A DNA stretch of 64,000 nt from Candidatus Nanohaloarchaea archaeon (GTDB lineage Archaea; Nanohalarchaeota; Nanosalinia; Nanosalinales; Nanosalinaceae), in the NCBI GenBank assembly GCA_013343275.1, contig CP046106.1, positions 128,001-192,000 of the forward strand, read 5' to 3'. This document shows, piece after piece, positions 8,753-17,749 of this stretch. Below the pieces are notes generated by a model that worked only from the letters and a program-made list of their open reading frames with translations, was not told the DNA's origin and ran no database searches. Each line of letters begins with the position of its first letter. Positions within the stretch are counted from its first letter, which is position 1. Position numbers and translations under genes: made by a program.

Positions 8753-9142
8753 TTATCTCTTTCTATATCTCCACTTATTCTCTCCAGGCATCAAAGGGGA
8801 TAGAATCTTCTTATTGTAGTTCTTACTACTTTGATTTAGCTTCTTCAATCCTTTTTTAGCAACACCTGCAGAGAATCCATAGTCAGCTCCTAAAGCAGTT
8901 GCTAAAGTCTTGAGATTCTTCATTGCTAGACCCATTCTGGTTACTTCAGGACCTATTCTGTCAGTATTATGTTTGAATGTCAGAAGGAACTTATCTTCTT
9001 CTGAGTGTAGCCTGCCTGGTAGATAGTGTCTGTTCAGTGCTAGAGTTCCTTTACTATTCTTCGCTATTTCTAATCTGCCTGCAGGTTTGGCCTCTTGGGG
9101 AACTTTCTCTTTTATTCCAATTTTATTGTAAATTCTTCTCAT
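8753..9142 (-). CDS. Hypothetical basic protein
   Basis: 129 aa ORF with ATGA overlap to the upstream gene. Confidence 0.5.
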   Translation of the reverse strand: MRRIYNKIGIKEKVPQEAKPAGRLEIAKNSKGTLALNRHYLPGRLHSEEDKFLLTFKHNTDRIGPEVTRMGLAMKNLKTLATALGADYGFSAGVAKKGLKKLNQSSKNYNKKILSPLMPGENKWRYRKR

Positions 9143-9930
9143 TCTTGAACCTCCTTTGCTCTAGAAACAAAGTCGTTAATTTCTCTCCTAGCTCCATCTA
9201 AGAGAGATTCTAACTCGCTTACTTTGGTTATGTAAGGAACTTTTTCTCCTGGGTTTACTCCAAGCTCATCCACCATTACCTGCATTGGAGGTGCTTTCAT
9301 CATTATTTTGTCTGACTCAGCTTTCTCAACTGCTGACTCTACCATATCTAGAGGTTGGGAAATATACATTTCTAGAGGTAGCTCCTCTATCTGTCCACTA
9401 TCGTCCATTAATCTAAATTTCATGGATAATTTCCTGTAATCTTTGTAGTAGTGAGCAGAAGTATCTTCTACCTCTGTTACTCCACTGCTTTCTTCATCTC
9501 TGAATCCATGAACCTCTTTCTCCAGCCATTCAACTTCTTTTTTCATATCTAACTGCTTAGCAAGCCTTAAAGCCATTCTAGCTATAGTGGAGACATCTTC
9601 ATCTGAGTCTATCTTGCTTTCAATTTTCTTTAGAAGTTTTCTTTCATCAGAGGTCTTTTCTTCTTCCTCTTTTCCAGATTCTTCCTCAAATTTCTGCTCA
9701 ATCCTGTCAAAGTTAATGTCTCCTTGGGCTTGGAATGCGTTAACTCCTTCAGCATCTTCAAATATCTGCTCTTGAGACCTATCTATCAGGTTTTTGATCT
9801 CATAACCTACTTTACCTACTCCAAGAAATCCTAGAGTGGTAACAATTAGAGATAGTATTCCTATGGCATGCTCTTGTAGGTATACTGCTAGTGAAATATT
9901 TTCACATCCTTTGGGAATTTTAATATTCAA
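9139..9930 (-). CDS. TM-anchored AbiTii-like domain protein
   Basis: N-terminal TM helix; DSDEDVSTIARMALRLAKQLDMKKEVEWLEKEVHGF resembles the AbiTii consensus (S.LLR....A.KL......W...EL.GY). Confidence 0.65.
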   Translation of the reverse strand: MNIKIPKGCENISLAVYLQEHAIGILSLIVTTLGFLGVGKVGYEIKNLIDRSQEQIFEDAEGVNAFQAQGDINFDRIEQKFEEESGKEEEEKTSDERKLLKKIESKIDSDEDVSTIARMALRLAKQLDMKKEVEWLEKEVHGFRDEESSGVTEVEDTSAHYYKDYRKLSMKFRLMDDSGQIEELPLEMYISQPLDMVESAVEKAESDKIMMKAPPMQVMVDELGVNPGEKVPYITKVSELESLLDGARREINDFVSRAKEVQE

Positions 9931-9944
9931 AGTAGAGTTTTCTT

Positions 9945-10346
9945 TTAAGTTCCAAATTCTTCCTTGTAATGATCATAACTCGTTAGAATATCCATTGACA
10001 ATCCTATCAACATGCAAATACCATTATTTTCTACACCTGTCTTTCTTTTCAAGTTTCTCTTACTTGCTAGACCTCCCCACCGCTGCATGAGCCATTCATG
10101 GTAGGAGTCCATATTTCCTTGTTTTATAGTAGTTAAATCTATTTCCTCTTCAAATTCTTCCTCAAGTAATGCCGTTACACGGTAGTTCTCAATGGCTTCT
10201 ATAGTCTTATCTAAGTCTAGTTCTTCTCCTTTATCGAGCAATATATTCAGTCGACTAACATGTTCTCGCCATAGACTTGGATATTCCATGAAATATCCTC
10301 TAAACCCGAAATTTAAGACTCTTTTGACTATTGTGGTTAGATGCAT
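9945..10346 (-). CDS. Hypothetical protein
   Basis: 133 aa ORF; true start may be an internal Met. Confidence 0.45.
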   Translation of the reverse strand: MHLTTIVKRVLNFGFRGYFMEYPSLWREHVSRLNILLDKGEELDLDKTIEAIENYRVTALLEEEFEEEIDLTTIKQGNMDSYHEWLMQRWGGLASKRNLKRKTGVENNGICMLIGLSMDILTSYDHYKEEFGT

Positions 10347-10491
10347 ATGATTAGAAATTCTCTGTATCGATTACAGTAGCAAATAAATCCCCTGACCTTT
10401 GATTGCGCTCTCCAATTATAGTAATCTGTCTGTTAATTGATAACTCTCCAATATAGACGACCTTTCATTACAAGTCCTTTCTGAGTTAGGT

Positions 10492-11172
10492 TCATTCTTC
10501 GTCACCAAAAACTTTGGACTTAAAGCGGGATTTATAGTAGCCTATAGGGCCAGCAGGCGTTGTTGTTTCTTCTATTTCAAAACCTAAAAATTCTGTGCTA
10601 AATATTATGAAGAAAGAATACAACATTGCTACAGAGAAAGTCGATGATGCGCCCAAAATAAGCAAGTAGGTGAAGACAAAAATTATTGCAGTTTCTGTGC
10701 CCTGAAAAAGGGTTAATTCAGCCAACGTCATCCCAAATTCTACAGTAGTTGAAACTTCTAGGTCCTGAGGTATTAAGTTAGCTCCTGCTATAATAACTGC
10801 AAAAATGTGTAACAAAAGTATCTGACCTCCTGTATACAGAAAGTTATGAGCTGTTCTAACATAGTGATACTCCTCCAGGCCACTAGAAAATTTGCTCAGA
10901 GGCTCTTCAAATGCCAGGATAACACTTCCTGCTGTAAAACACAGGAAAGAAAGATTGAATATAAGGCTCCCAAATCTCTGAAATTCTATCACGGCTATAC
11001 CAAGGGCTAAAAGTGCAGTGACTTGAATTAAGAGAAAAAATATGTTTGCAAAAACCTTGTGCGAGAGAAATTCTTTTGCTATCTGCTTCCAAGTCTGGAG
11101 ATCTCTCAGAGACCCATATTCATCCTTTCTCCAGCTCCACGGCGATCTTACTTTTCTATTATCATCACTCAT
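10492..11172 (-). CDS. Multi-pass membrane protein
   Basis: About four hydrophobic helices; overlaps the upstream gene. Confidence 0.7.
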   Translation of the reverse strand: MSDDNRKVRSPWSWRKDEYGSLRDLQTWKQIAKEFLSHKVFANIFFLLIQVTALLALGIAVIEFQRFGSLIFNLSFLCFTAGSVILAFEEPLSKFSSGLEEYHYVRTAHNFLYTGGQILLLHIFAVIIAGANLIPQDLEVSTTVEFGMTLAELTLFQGTETAIIFVFTYLLILGASSTFSVAMLYSFFIIFSTEFLGFEIEETTTPAGPIGYYKSRFKSKVFGDEE

Positions 11173-11689
11173 CTTCAGTTTTCTGAGCCTCCTTAGACAC
11201 TAATGGAATAGTCCATTTTGTTTGATTGGCAACATCTTCAAGGTTATCGCCATTTATTTCCAGTGCTACATATATTACTGCTATCATGAATATAGTGACT
11301 ATAATTGTGGTAAGATAATCTGAACCCGTAGGCTGCCCTCTAAGAAGTAAAGTTGTAATTTGAACAAAGGAGAAGGCGACTAGTGTAATTGTGAACAAGG
11401 TCTCCACTGCGGAGGACTTTTTCTCCTGCTCCATCAATTTCTGATTAAACTGTCTATTTTTCTCAATTTCCTCTAGGAGCGTGTAGTCTTGGAGCTTATC
11501 TATGCCATTATGAGTTAGAACTATGCTATGATTCCAATCAACTAAGTTATAGTCCTCAAGATATTCTATATCCGCTTTACTCACTTCTCTACCATCTACT
11601 TCATCGAAACTCCTGATAGTTGGGGCAGCACCAGTTCTCTCCTTGTGATTCCATATTTCTCTCAGAATTTTTAGGTGTCTCTCATCCAT
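11165..11689 (-). CDS. wHTH-like plus 2TM protein
   Basis: IEYLEDYNLV...LTHNGID wing motif, then two TM helices. Confidence 0.7.
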   Translation of the reverse strand: MDERHLKILREIWNHKERTGAAPTIRSFDEVDGREVSKADIEYLEDYNLVDWNHSIVLTHNGIDKLQDYTLLEEIEKNRQFNQKLMEQEKKSSAVETLFTITLVAFSFVQITTLLLRGQPTGSDYLTTIIVTIFMIAVIYVALEINGDNLEDVANQTKWTIPLVSKEAQKTEDE

Positions 11690-12256
11690 TTAGACCACTT
11701 CAAAACTCTTTACTACAGTTTCTGTATGCTTTTCCCCATCCTCCAAGTATTCGATCAGGATTTGAACTCTCCATTCCCCTTTTTTGGTAGGTTTATACCA
11801 AGAACTGTAAGGATTTGAAGCATTAGTTGTATTATATATCTTGGTGCTTCTTGTCTGCCATCCTTTATGTCTCGTATTGCCATTTAACCAGTCTACAGAT
11901 ACATTATAGGGGAGTTCCTTGGTGTTCCATACCCTAAAATAGATTGTAATATTGTCTCCTGGACTATAGATTTCTCTATCTCCAATTATCTTGGAGTTCG
12001 ATATTTTTAGCTCAGGTTCATATTCTGTCTGAGGTTGTTCTGCCCAAACTGGCTTTATGTAAGGCTCTGAGCCAATAAAATCTATATCAGGAAGTTCTCC
12101 AGTAACATAGACTCCTGCTATAAGATGTCTGGCATAAGGGGAAGTAAAAGGAACAGTAATAATAAATACGATCAAACCACCTATAACAGCAGAAATGAGC
12201 TGTTTTCTAGATACATGAGAGAAAAACTTGTCCTTTAATTTACTATAATATCCCAT
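11690..12256 (-). CDS. Membrane-anchored Ig-like beta-sandwich protein
   Basis: N-terminal TM; YSPGDNITIYFRVWN...GEWRVQI pattern. Confidence 0.7.
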   Translation of the reverse strand: MGYYSKLKDKFFSHVSRKQLISAVIGGLIVFIITVPFTSPYARHLIAGVYVTGELPDIDFIGSEPYIKPVWAEQPQTEYEPELKISNSKIIGDREIYSPGDNITIYFRVWNTKELPYNVSVDWLNGNTRHKGWQTRSTKIYNTTNASNPYSSWYKPTKKGEWRVQILIEYLEDGEKHTETVVKSFEVV

Positions 12257-12399
12257 TATTCAACCTCCTTCAGGACTAACTTTCCCTCTTTATTTAAAAC
12301 AAACTCTAGTTCTTGACCATTTTCCCATCCTTTGGCTTTTCTCATTGATTTGGGAACTGTGATTACTGCTTGGCCATTGGGTTTGACTTGGAGCTTCAT
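12256..12399 (-). CDS. AbrB/MazE/SpoVT-type small DNA-binding protein (47 aa)
   Basis: MKLQVKPNGQAVITVPKSMRKAKGWENGQELEFVLNKEGKLVLKEVE; TAATG coupling to the next gene; absent from ORF track. Confidence 0.8.
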   Translation of the reverse strand: MKLQVKPNGQAVITVPKSMRKAKGWENGQELEFVLNKEGKLVLKEVE

Positions 12400-12484
12400 A
12401 CAGTTATGGTTACTGTTAAAAAGTTAAGAACTTATTGCGTTAATAGAAGGTAGGAAGGCCTTATAATAAACAGCGAGGTTGAAG

Positions 12485-12497
12485 AAGGGCCGGTCCA
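12485..12497 (+). repeat. Direct repeat copy 1, AAGGGCCGGTCCA (candidate att)
   Basis: Identical to 13903-13915; followed by CTA; lies at the compositional boundary. Confidence 0.6.
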
Positions 12498-12854
12498 CTA
12501 CTCTACGTGTTCATTTACATTACTCGCTTTCTGAACCACTTCTTCGTCAACCTAAATAAACCGCTCGAAAAACTACGCTCAACCACGGGCGAAGAGGTTC
12601 CGGCAAGTGGGGAAAAGCGATTCTTCTCTTCAGAGCGAGAGAACAAGCTATCAAGAGAAGGAGCTGAATGATGCCTATGACTTAGGAAACTCTGTGAGCA
12701 GGTTCCCTCCTCTGCGAGGATTAGATCCTATGCGCGCGCAGACCTCAAAATTTCTGGAATCTTCGTAATAAATCAGAAGTTTACGTTCTATGCGCATAGG
12801 CGGGCGTAGAAATAATGAGAAATCTTATAGTATTTATTTTATACTCTTGTAGAT

Positions 12855-13556
12855 ATGGGGCAGAGTAGGAGACAAAACGAGCCAGAAGTAGAGGATATTA
12901 ATTTAGATGAAATACCTCCAATTGGAGCTCCTATTCTTTCACTAGGCCTTCTCTATGCGGCAGTTACAGTAGGTTTTGGAGATCTAATGATAAACTTAGT
13001 AGTCGGTGGCGCAGGAGTAGTGCTCTTGGGATTTTTCGCTTTCAAGCTTGGAACATTGTACAAACAGCGAGGCCCTAAAAGAGCAGTTAGATGGGCGACA
13101 ACCGCGCCCGTCGATAGAGTAGAAGACTATTCTCTCGACCTCCAAACAAGCTCGGGAGTAGAGAAAACAGAGGAAGGGATAACTCTAGAGCACTTGAGAG
13201 AGATAGATCCTTATGATTTCGAAGAGTTCGTAGCGAAGGTATGGAGAGGTAGAGGATATGAAGCAGAAGTAACACAGGGAAGTCAGGATCGAGGAATCGA
13301 TGTTGTAGCAGAGAAATCAGAACCATACAACGAGAAAGAGCTTATACAGGTAAAGCGGAAAGGAGAAGGAAACAAGGTTAGCGCTCCAACAGTTCGGAAA
13401 TGTTCTGGACTGAAAAACAAGAACGGGGTCGATAAAGTATTGGTAGTTACTTCAACAGACTTCACAGCTCAGGCAAAGGAAGAAGCCGAAGATTATAACT
13501 TAAAATTAGTAGATGGACGTAAACTTTTGGAATTATACGAAGATAACGTAGAATAA
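12855..13556 (+). CDS. Mrr-family restriction endonuclease with N-terminal TM helices
   Basis: PYDFEEFVAKVW...DRGIDVVA...LIQVKR PD-(D/E/Q)xK Mrr_cat motifs. Confidence 0.88.
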   Translation: MGQSRRQNEPEVEDINLDEIPPIGAPILSLGLLYAAVTVGFGDLMINLVVGGAGVVLLGFFAFKLGTLYKQRGPKRAVRWATTAPVDRVEDYSLDLQTSSGVEKTEEGITLEHLREIDPYDFEEFVAKVWRGRGYEAEVTQGSQDRGIDVVAEKSEPYNEKELIQVKRKGEGNKVSAPTVRKCSGLKNKNGVDKVLVVTSTDFTAQAKEEAEDYNLKLVDGRKLLELYEDNVE

Positions 13557-13573
13557 TAGGTGAAAAATACTTT

Positions 13574-13816
13574 ATGGGAGTTGTAAAGCGCGACGGCAAA
13601 TGGAGACTTGAAAAGAAGAAAGAAGGAGTTTACCTAGTGACGGAGAGAGGCGAACAAAAGGCAAAAATCATTACAGGAGAATATGAGCCCTCAGGCCCAA
13701 TGAATGATGAGAGAAATGATATGATGTCCCAAGTGATAGAGGTTAGAGATTTCGAAGAGGCGAAGAAAGAGTTCAAGAGTTTCGCCTCAGGAGGATCTTC
13801 CGGAGGCCTTTTCTAA
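13574..13816 (+). CDS. Hypothetical protein
   Basis: 80 aa ORF, GGTGA SD, downstream of the Mrr gene. Confidence 0.65.
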   Translation: MGVVKRDGKWRLEKKKEGVYLVTERGEQKAKIITGEYEPSGPMNDERNDMMSQVIEVRDFEEAKKEFKSFASGGSSGGLF

Positions 13817-13902
13817 TGGAAATAATGGTATAACTATCTATGGATTTTGACAGCTTTGATGCCACTCAGAAGAAGAGGTTCATCTGAACACGTACCTCAG
13901 AT

Positions 13903-13915
13903 AAGGGCCGGTCCA
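13903..13915 (+). repeat. Direct repeat copy 2, AAGGGCCGGTCCA (candidate att)
   Basis: Identical to 12485-12497. Confidence 0.6.
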
Positions 13916-13945
13916 AGCTTTTTCCTTTGGTGGACTTGTCTTCTT

Positions 13946-14602
13946 TCAGTTTTCTTTGATTGTGTGGTATAACTGGGAAGGAGTGTATATCTCAGGTCCG
14001 TGTCTCATTGTAAAGTCTTCAGTATCTGTGAAGTCTTCGTCGTATGTCACGATTACCGCATCTCTTTCTAGGGCCTCTGCCACTATTCCTGCATCTTCTG
14101 GATAGTCGCTTGTAGGTATAGGCTCGATTTCTACCGGTGTCGCATTTTCCTGGAGGAATTGGTGAACGGTATCGTTTGTTTTGTTTTCTTTGATGTGTGC
14201 GAATGTTGAAGGAAAATACAGTTCAACGTCTTTCTCTGCCGCTTTCTCGAGCATTTGAACTGTTTCTTCAAGAGGCTCCCTTATTTCAAGGCGCCGGTAG
14301 TCTAGGCCATCTTCTCCTCTGATATCTGACTGGTCTGATGAGTTAACGGGCAGATATGCCGTGGTTGATCTATCGGCGTTCATCTGCAAATCTATCAGAA
14401 TATTTTCATCCAGAAATATGTTATTATGCAGGGGCTCTTTGTAGTCCTTAATCAGATTTTGATTGAATCCTTTCGTGGCACGAGGTGTATCCGATATTGC
14501 TGCCTGCAGGTCTGACTCCGTTTCTCCAGAATCGCTGGGTTCAAGAAACCGGGATTTAAGCTTCACCAGCGACTCTCTCATAGAATGTAAACTGAGATCC
14601 AT
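13946..14602 (-). CDS. PIN-domain protein
   Basis: IFLDENILIDL ... EDAGIVAEALERDAVIVTYDEDF acidic PIN motifs. Confidence 0.7.
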   Translation of the reverse strand: MDLSLHSMRESLVKLKSRFLEPSDSGETESDLQAAISDTPRATKGFNQNLIKDYKEPLHNNIFLDENILIDLQMNADRSTTAYLPVNSSDQSDIRGEDGLDYRRLEIREPLEETVQMLEKAAEKDVELYFPSTFAHIKENKTNDTVHQFLQENATPVEIEPIPTSDYPEDAGIVAEALERDAVIVTYDEDFTDTEDFTMRHGPEIYTPSQLYHTIKEN

Positions 14603-14632
14603 TTTTTAATATTTGTCGGTGACAACATATGT

Positions 14633-15034
14633 ATGGGTTTTTCAGCGCAGGAACTGGATACTCGACAGACTGATGTAGAAGATCTGAGCGAACTTGAGAC
14701 TGTTTCTCACATGTATGGCCTTGTACAGAGCTATCAGAACGATAGGGAACAGAAGCAACTCGAAAAAGTCTATGATCAGGTGAAGAATTACAAGATAGCC
14801 AAGGCACCGGGAACACGTAGCGATCCTGTTGAGGAAGGCCTTGATCTCTGGGGAGAGATCGGCGCTTACTGGGATATGACAGGTAAGTACGATGGCAAGG
14901 CTCTGGCAGCTGCAACACCTATACTTGCTACAGAGGCCGATGATCTCGGAGTGAACGTGGAAGATGCTGAGAGCTTGGAGGAACTGAGAGATATACTGGA
15001 TGAAGGAATCGACTACTTTGAAGGCCTGGAATAA
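14633..15034 (+). CDS. Hypothetical acidic protein
   Basis: 133 aa; TATA-like TTTTAATA about 25 nt upstream. Confidence 0.65.
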   Translation: MGFSAQELDTRQTDVEDLSELETVSHMYGLVQSYQNDREQKQLEKVYDQVKNYKIAKAPGTRSDPVEEGLDLWGEIGAYWDMTGKYDGKALAAATPILATEADDLGVNVEDAESLEELRDILDEGIDYFEGLE

Positions 15035-15058
15035 ATAGAAAAAGAGAAAGAGGTCGTT

Positions 15059-15310
15059 TTATCCGTAGTGTTCTTCCAGATAGTCTACGATGTCGTCAGA
15101 TTCCGGCATCGTGGTATCGGTGTTTGGATCGACAAGTACAGGTACTCCGGTCTGACCTGATACTTCTTCTACACGTGCTCTGTCGCCGTTAGGCCTTACC
15201 TGGCGTGCGACGAAGTCGATCTGTAGTTCTGTAAGTTTTTCACGCACTTTCTTGCAGTAAGGGCATCCTTCGAACTGGTAGAGTTCAAGCATTTCATCTG
15301 GTTCTGACAT
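15059..15310 (-). CDS. Glutaredoxin / GST N-terminal domain protein
   Basis: CPYC, cis-Pro VPVL, ESDDIVDYL. Confidence 0.9.
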   Translation of the reverse strand: MSEPDEMLELYQFEGCPYCKKVREKLTELQIDFVARQVRPNGDRARVEEVSGQTGVPVLVDPNTDTTMPESDDIVDYLEEHYG

Positions 15311-15372
15311 AGTTTTCTTTCACCTGTCAAAAAGATGCTCTCCAGAAACTTTTATCGTAAATGGAAAAATGT

Positions 15373-15810
15373 TTACTCGGCTTTCTTCGAGGCCAGCTCC
15401 AGGACCTCTTTATGCTCATCGTATGTCAGAAGGCCGTTACAGTCCTCCTTTGATAGGAAAAACCCTTTCTCGTGTTCGTCGTGAGGGTTCTGCTCGACAT
15501 CAGCAATCGCCTCGGGATCGACTTCTACAAGAAAGGCCTTGTACTCTCGCTTAACTTCTTCGCCATCTTCGTCTTCGAAGCTCCACTCGACAGTGTGGTC
15601 CAGGTTCTCGATACTTTGAATCTGGCCTTCGTCAATACCGGCTTCCTCCCCCAGTTCCAGCTTTACGGTATGCTGGTAGTCGTCTTCCTCTAGGTGGCCT
15701 TTCGGCAGCTCCCATCCCTCCCAGTTCTTCTTCCTGTTCAGGATCAGGTACCGGTTCTCCCTGCTTGGCTTCTTGTGTGCTACGATAACTACGCCTTTTT
15801 CAGTTCTCAT
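15373..15810 (-). CDS. NUDIX hydrolase
   Basis: WELPKGHLE...ELGEEAG Nudix box. Confidence 0.85.
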   Translation of the reverse strand: MRTEKGVVIVAHKKPSRENRYLILNRKKNWEGWELPKGHLEEDDYQHTVKLELGEEAGIDEGQIQSIENLDHTVEWSFEDEDGEEVKREYKAFLVEVDPEAIADVEQNPHDEHEKGFFLSKEDCNGLLTYDEHKEVLELASKKAE

Positions 15811-15909
15811 ACTCTGGATTTTCTACCTCTGATTTTATTATTTTGATTGTATCTGGGGAACGGTTTTTATACCTACGGACCTGATTTATTATTGTCCGGT
15901 GTCAAAACT

Positions 15910-16539
15910 ATGATAGGCCGTCTTAAAAAGTTAATATCTGATCTATTCAGCTCAACTGAACAGGATGACATAAGTATAGGCCTTTATGGTCCTCCAAACG
16001 CAGGTAAGTCCACGCTCGCTAACCAGATCTCCAAGGATTTAACAGGAGAGGAAATGAGCAATGTTTCGGAGGTGCCTCACGAAACCAGGGCTGTAGAGAA
16101 GAAGGAGCAGGTAACACTGGAAGCTGAGGACGGCCGGACGATCGACATGAATCTTCTGGACATGCCAGGTATTTCCACCAATGTAGATTTCCAGGACTTT
16201 ACAGAGCACGGCCTTGAAGAAGAGGAATCGAAGGATCGTGCAAAAGAAGCGACAAAAGGAATTGTAGAGGCTATCAAGTATCTTGATGATGTCGATGCAT
16301 GTCTTGTGATCTTTGATTCGACTGAGGATCCTTACACTCAGGTAAATGTTACTATAATTGGAAACTTGGAGGCCAAGGATATCCCGATCTTGATCCTGGC
16401 GAACAAGACGGACCTTGAGGATGCTGATCCTTCCAGAGTCCGTGATGCTTTCCCTCAACACCCTGTTCTGGAGGTTTCTGCGAAGGAAGGTGAAAATATT
16501 GACAAACTTTATCAGGAAATAATTGAAAGGTTAAGTTGA
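15910..16539 (+). CDS. oapA: Era-like small GTPase OapA/ArvA
   Basis: GPPNAGKS, DMPG, NKTD, SAK motifs; followed by DUF2073- and DUF2072-like genes. Confidence 0.88.
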   Translation: MIGRLKKLISDLFSSTEQDDISIGLYGPPNAGKSTLANQISKDLTGEEMSNVSEVPHETRAVEKKEQVTLEAEDGRTIDMNLLDMPGISTNVDFQDFTEHGLEEEESKDRAKEATKGIVEAIKYLDDVDACLVIFDSTEDPYTQVNVTIIGNLEAKDIPILILANKTDLEDADPSRVRDAFPQHPVLEVSAKEGENIDKLYQEIIERLS

Positions 16540-16928
16540 TGAGCGACGATGGAGTTACAATAGAATTTCTCTCAAGAGACAAGCTTTCCGGCCACGAGCT
16601 TGACGACAAGCTCGACTTGGTGCTGGAGAAGGTGAAGGACGACGCAGTCCTCGTACTTGAGGAAGGATGGACTCCTGAAGAAAAGCGTACGCTCATCACC
16701 GATGCAATGGAGCAGGTGGACGACGAATTCCCGGGAATCGAGTTCATGGGGCTTAACTCCGGTCAGTCAAGACTTGACAAGGCCCGTAATCTTGTATATG
16801 ACAAACTTTTCGATGAGAAACCGCGCAGAGGCCTGACAATTGTCGGTAACTCCCGTGTAATGGAGAAAATCAAGGAAGAGAGGGACGCTGTTTCGTTCCT
16901 CGCAAAACTTGAGAATGAAAAGGAGTAG
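16539..16928 (+). CDS. oapB: DUF2073 protein OapB/ArvB
   Basis: LVLEEGWTPEE...FPGIE...GLTIVG motifs; operon context. Confidence 0.85.
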   Translation: MSDDGVTIEFLSRDKLSGHELDDKLDLVLEKVKDDAVLVLEEGWTPEEKRTLITDAMEQVDDEFPGIEFMGLNSGQSRLDKARNLVYDKLFDEKPRRGLTIVGNSRVMEKIKEERDAVSFLAKLENEKE

Positions 16929-16982
16929 GTCGAAAATCCTATGGCAGATTTTCTTGATCAGACTTCACGAGGTGAACTCTAA

Positions 16983-17363
16983 GTGCCTCACCGTTGTATG
17001 AACTGCGGTAAAACTTACGATGAGGATTCTGAGGAGCTTATCTCTGGATGTGAATGCGGTTCATCTCTTTTCATGTATGAGAACGAGCCGGAGGCCTCTG
17101 AAGAAGAGGAGGTTGAGGAAGAGCTGGTTAAATCTGATATCGAGGAGATGGTTGCCGCCGGTGAGAAGCAGAGAGGCAACATCAGTATAGAGTTCGACCT
17201 CGAATCGATCAAAGTTGAGGAAGAAGGAGTCTACAATATCAATGTCTCCCGACTCCTGGAAGAAGTACCACTTGTAATCGAGAAAAGAGAGGGAACATAC
17301 CATATACACCTGCCTTCAGCCTTCAACAGGCAGGACAGAAATGTAGATGTTCAGGATCTGTAG
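16983..17363 (+). CDS. oapC: Zn-ribbon protein OapC/ArvC (DUF2072)
   Basis: MPHRCMNCG...GCECG...ESIKVEEEGVYNIN. Confidence 0.85.
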   Translation: MPHRCMNCGKTYDEDSEELISGCECGSSLFMYENEPEASEEEEVEEELVKSDIEEMVAAGEKQRGNISIEFDLESIKVEEEGVYNINVSRLLEEVPLVIEKREGTYHIHLPSAFNRQDRNVDVQDL

Positions 17364-17418
17364 CCTGAAGCTTTAAATCGAGGCCTTCTAAACTTTAACT
17401 TAAGGTGCACGGTTTTTT

Positions 17419-17700
17419 ATGAGCGAAGACGAAGATACGGAAGAAGTGCGGGAGAAAGATGTTTTCGGCCTTCCTAAGCTTACATTAAATGCTGAAGTTG
17501 GAATCTCCTTCACGTTGTTCATCCTGGGGTCGCTGTTACTGTTCTCAGTGCTTTACCCGATGAGATACTCTGCAGACCTGATGCCTGCATACCTAGGCTT
17601 CCTGATGATCATGGTGGCCTACTTTTTCAGTATAGAGGCAATCAGGGAGCTGGAGGATAAGGAGCACTACCTTTCCGAGAGACTGATGGGCGGCGAGTGA
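17419..17700 (+). CDS. Small 2TM membrane protein
   Basis: Two hydrophobic helices. Confidence 0.7.
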   Translation: MSEDEDTEEVREKDVFGLPKLTLNAEVGISFTLFILGSLLLFSVLYPMRYSADLMPAYLGFLMIMVAYFFSIEAIRELEDKEHYLSERLMGGE

Positions 17701-17749
17701 TTGACACTCTTCAGTTACAAATAAAACTCTTAACCATTCTATTTTTTCT

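Larger units (their letters stand above)
1..12497. mobile_element. Integrated MCM-encoding element (provirus or integrative plasmid), right part; left end and integrase lie outside the window
   Basis: MCM helicase, HerA/FtsK-like ATPase, RHH/wHTH/Zn-ribbon small genes, near-absence of CG in 1-7450, AT-rich cargo, and a candidate att repeat at 12485-12497. Confidence 0.8.

Noticed and set aside
12500-12850. Possible RNase P or SRP RNA in this gap
   Set aside because: No GAGGAAAGTCC or SRP helix-8 motif found; only short palindromes such as CTATGCGCATAG.
1-13915. Integrase, capsid or conjugation genes that would classify the element
   Set aside because: No tyrosine or serine recombinase motifs or recognisable virion proteins in the window; virus versus plasmid cannot be decided.
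15811-15909. Chromosomal origin next to oapABC
   Set aside because: The gap is short, with no ORB-like repeats and no cdc6/orc1 gene.
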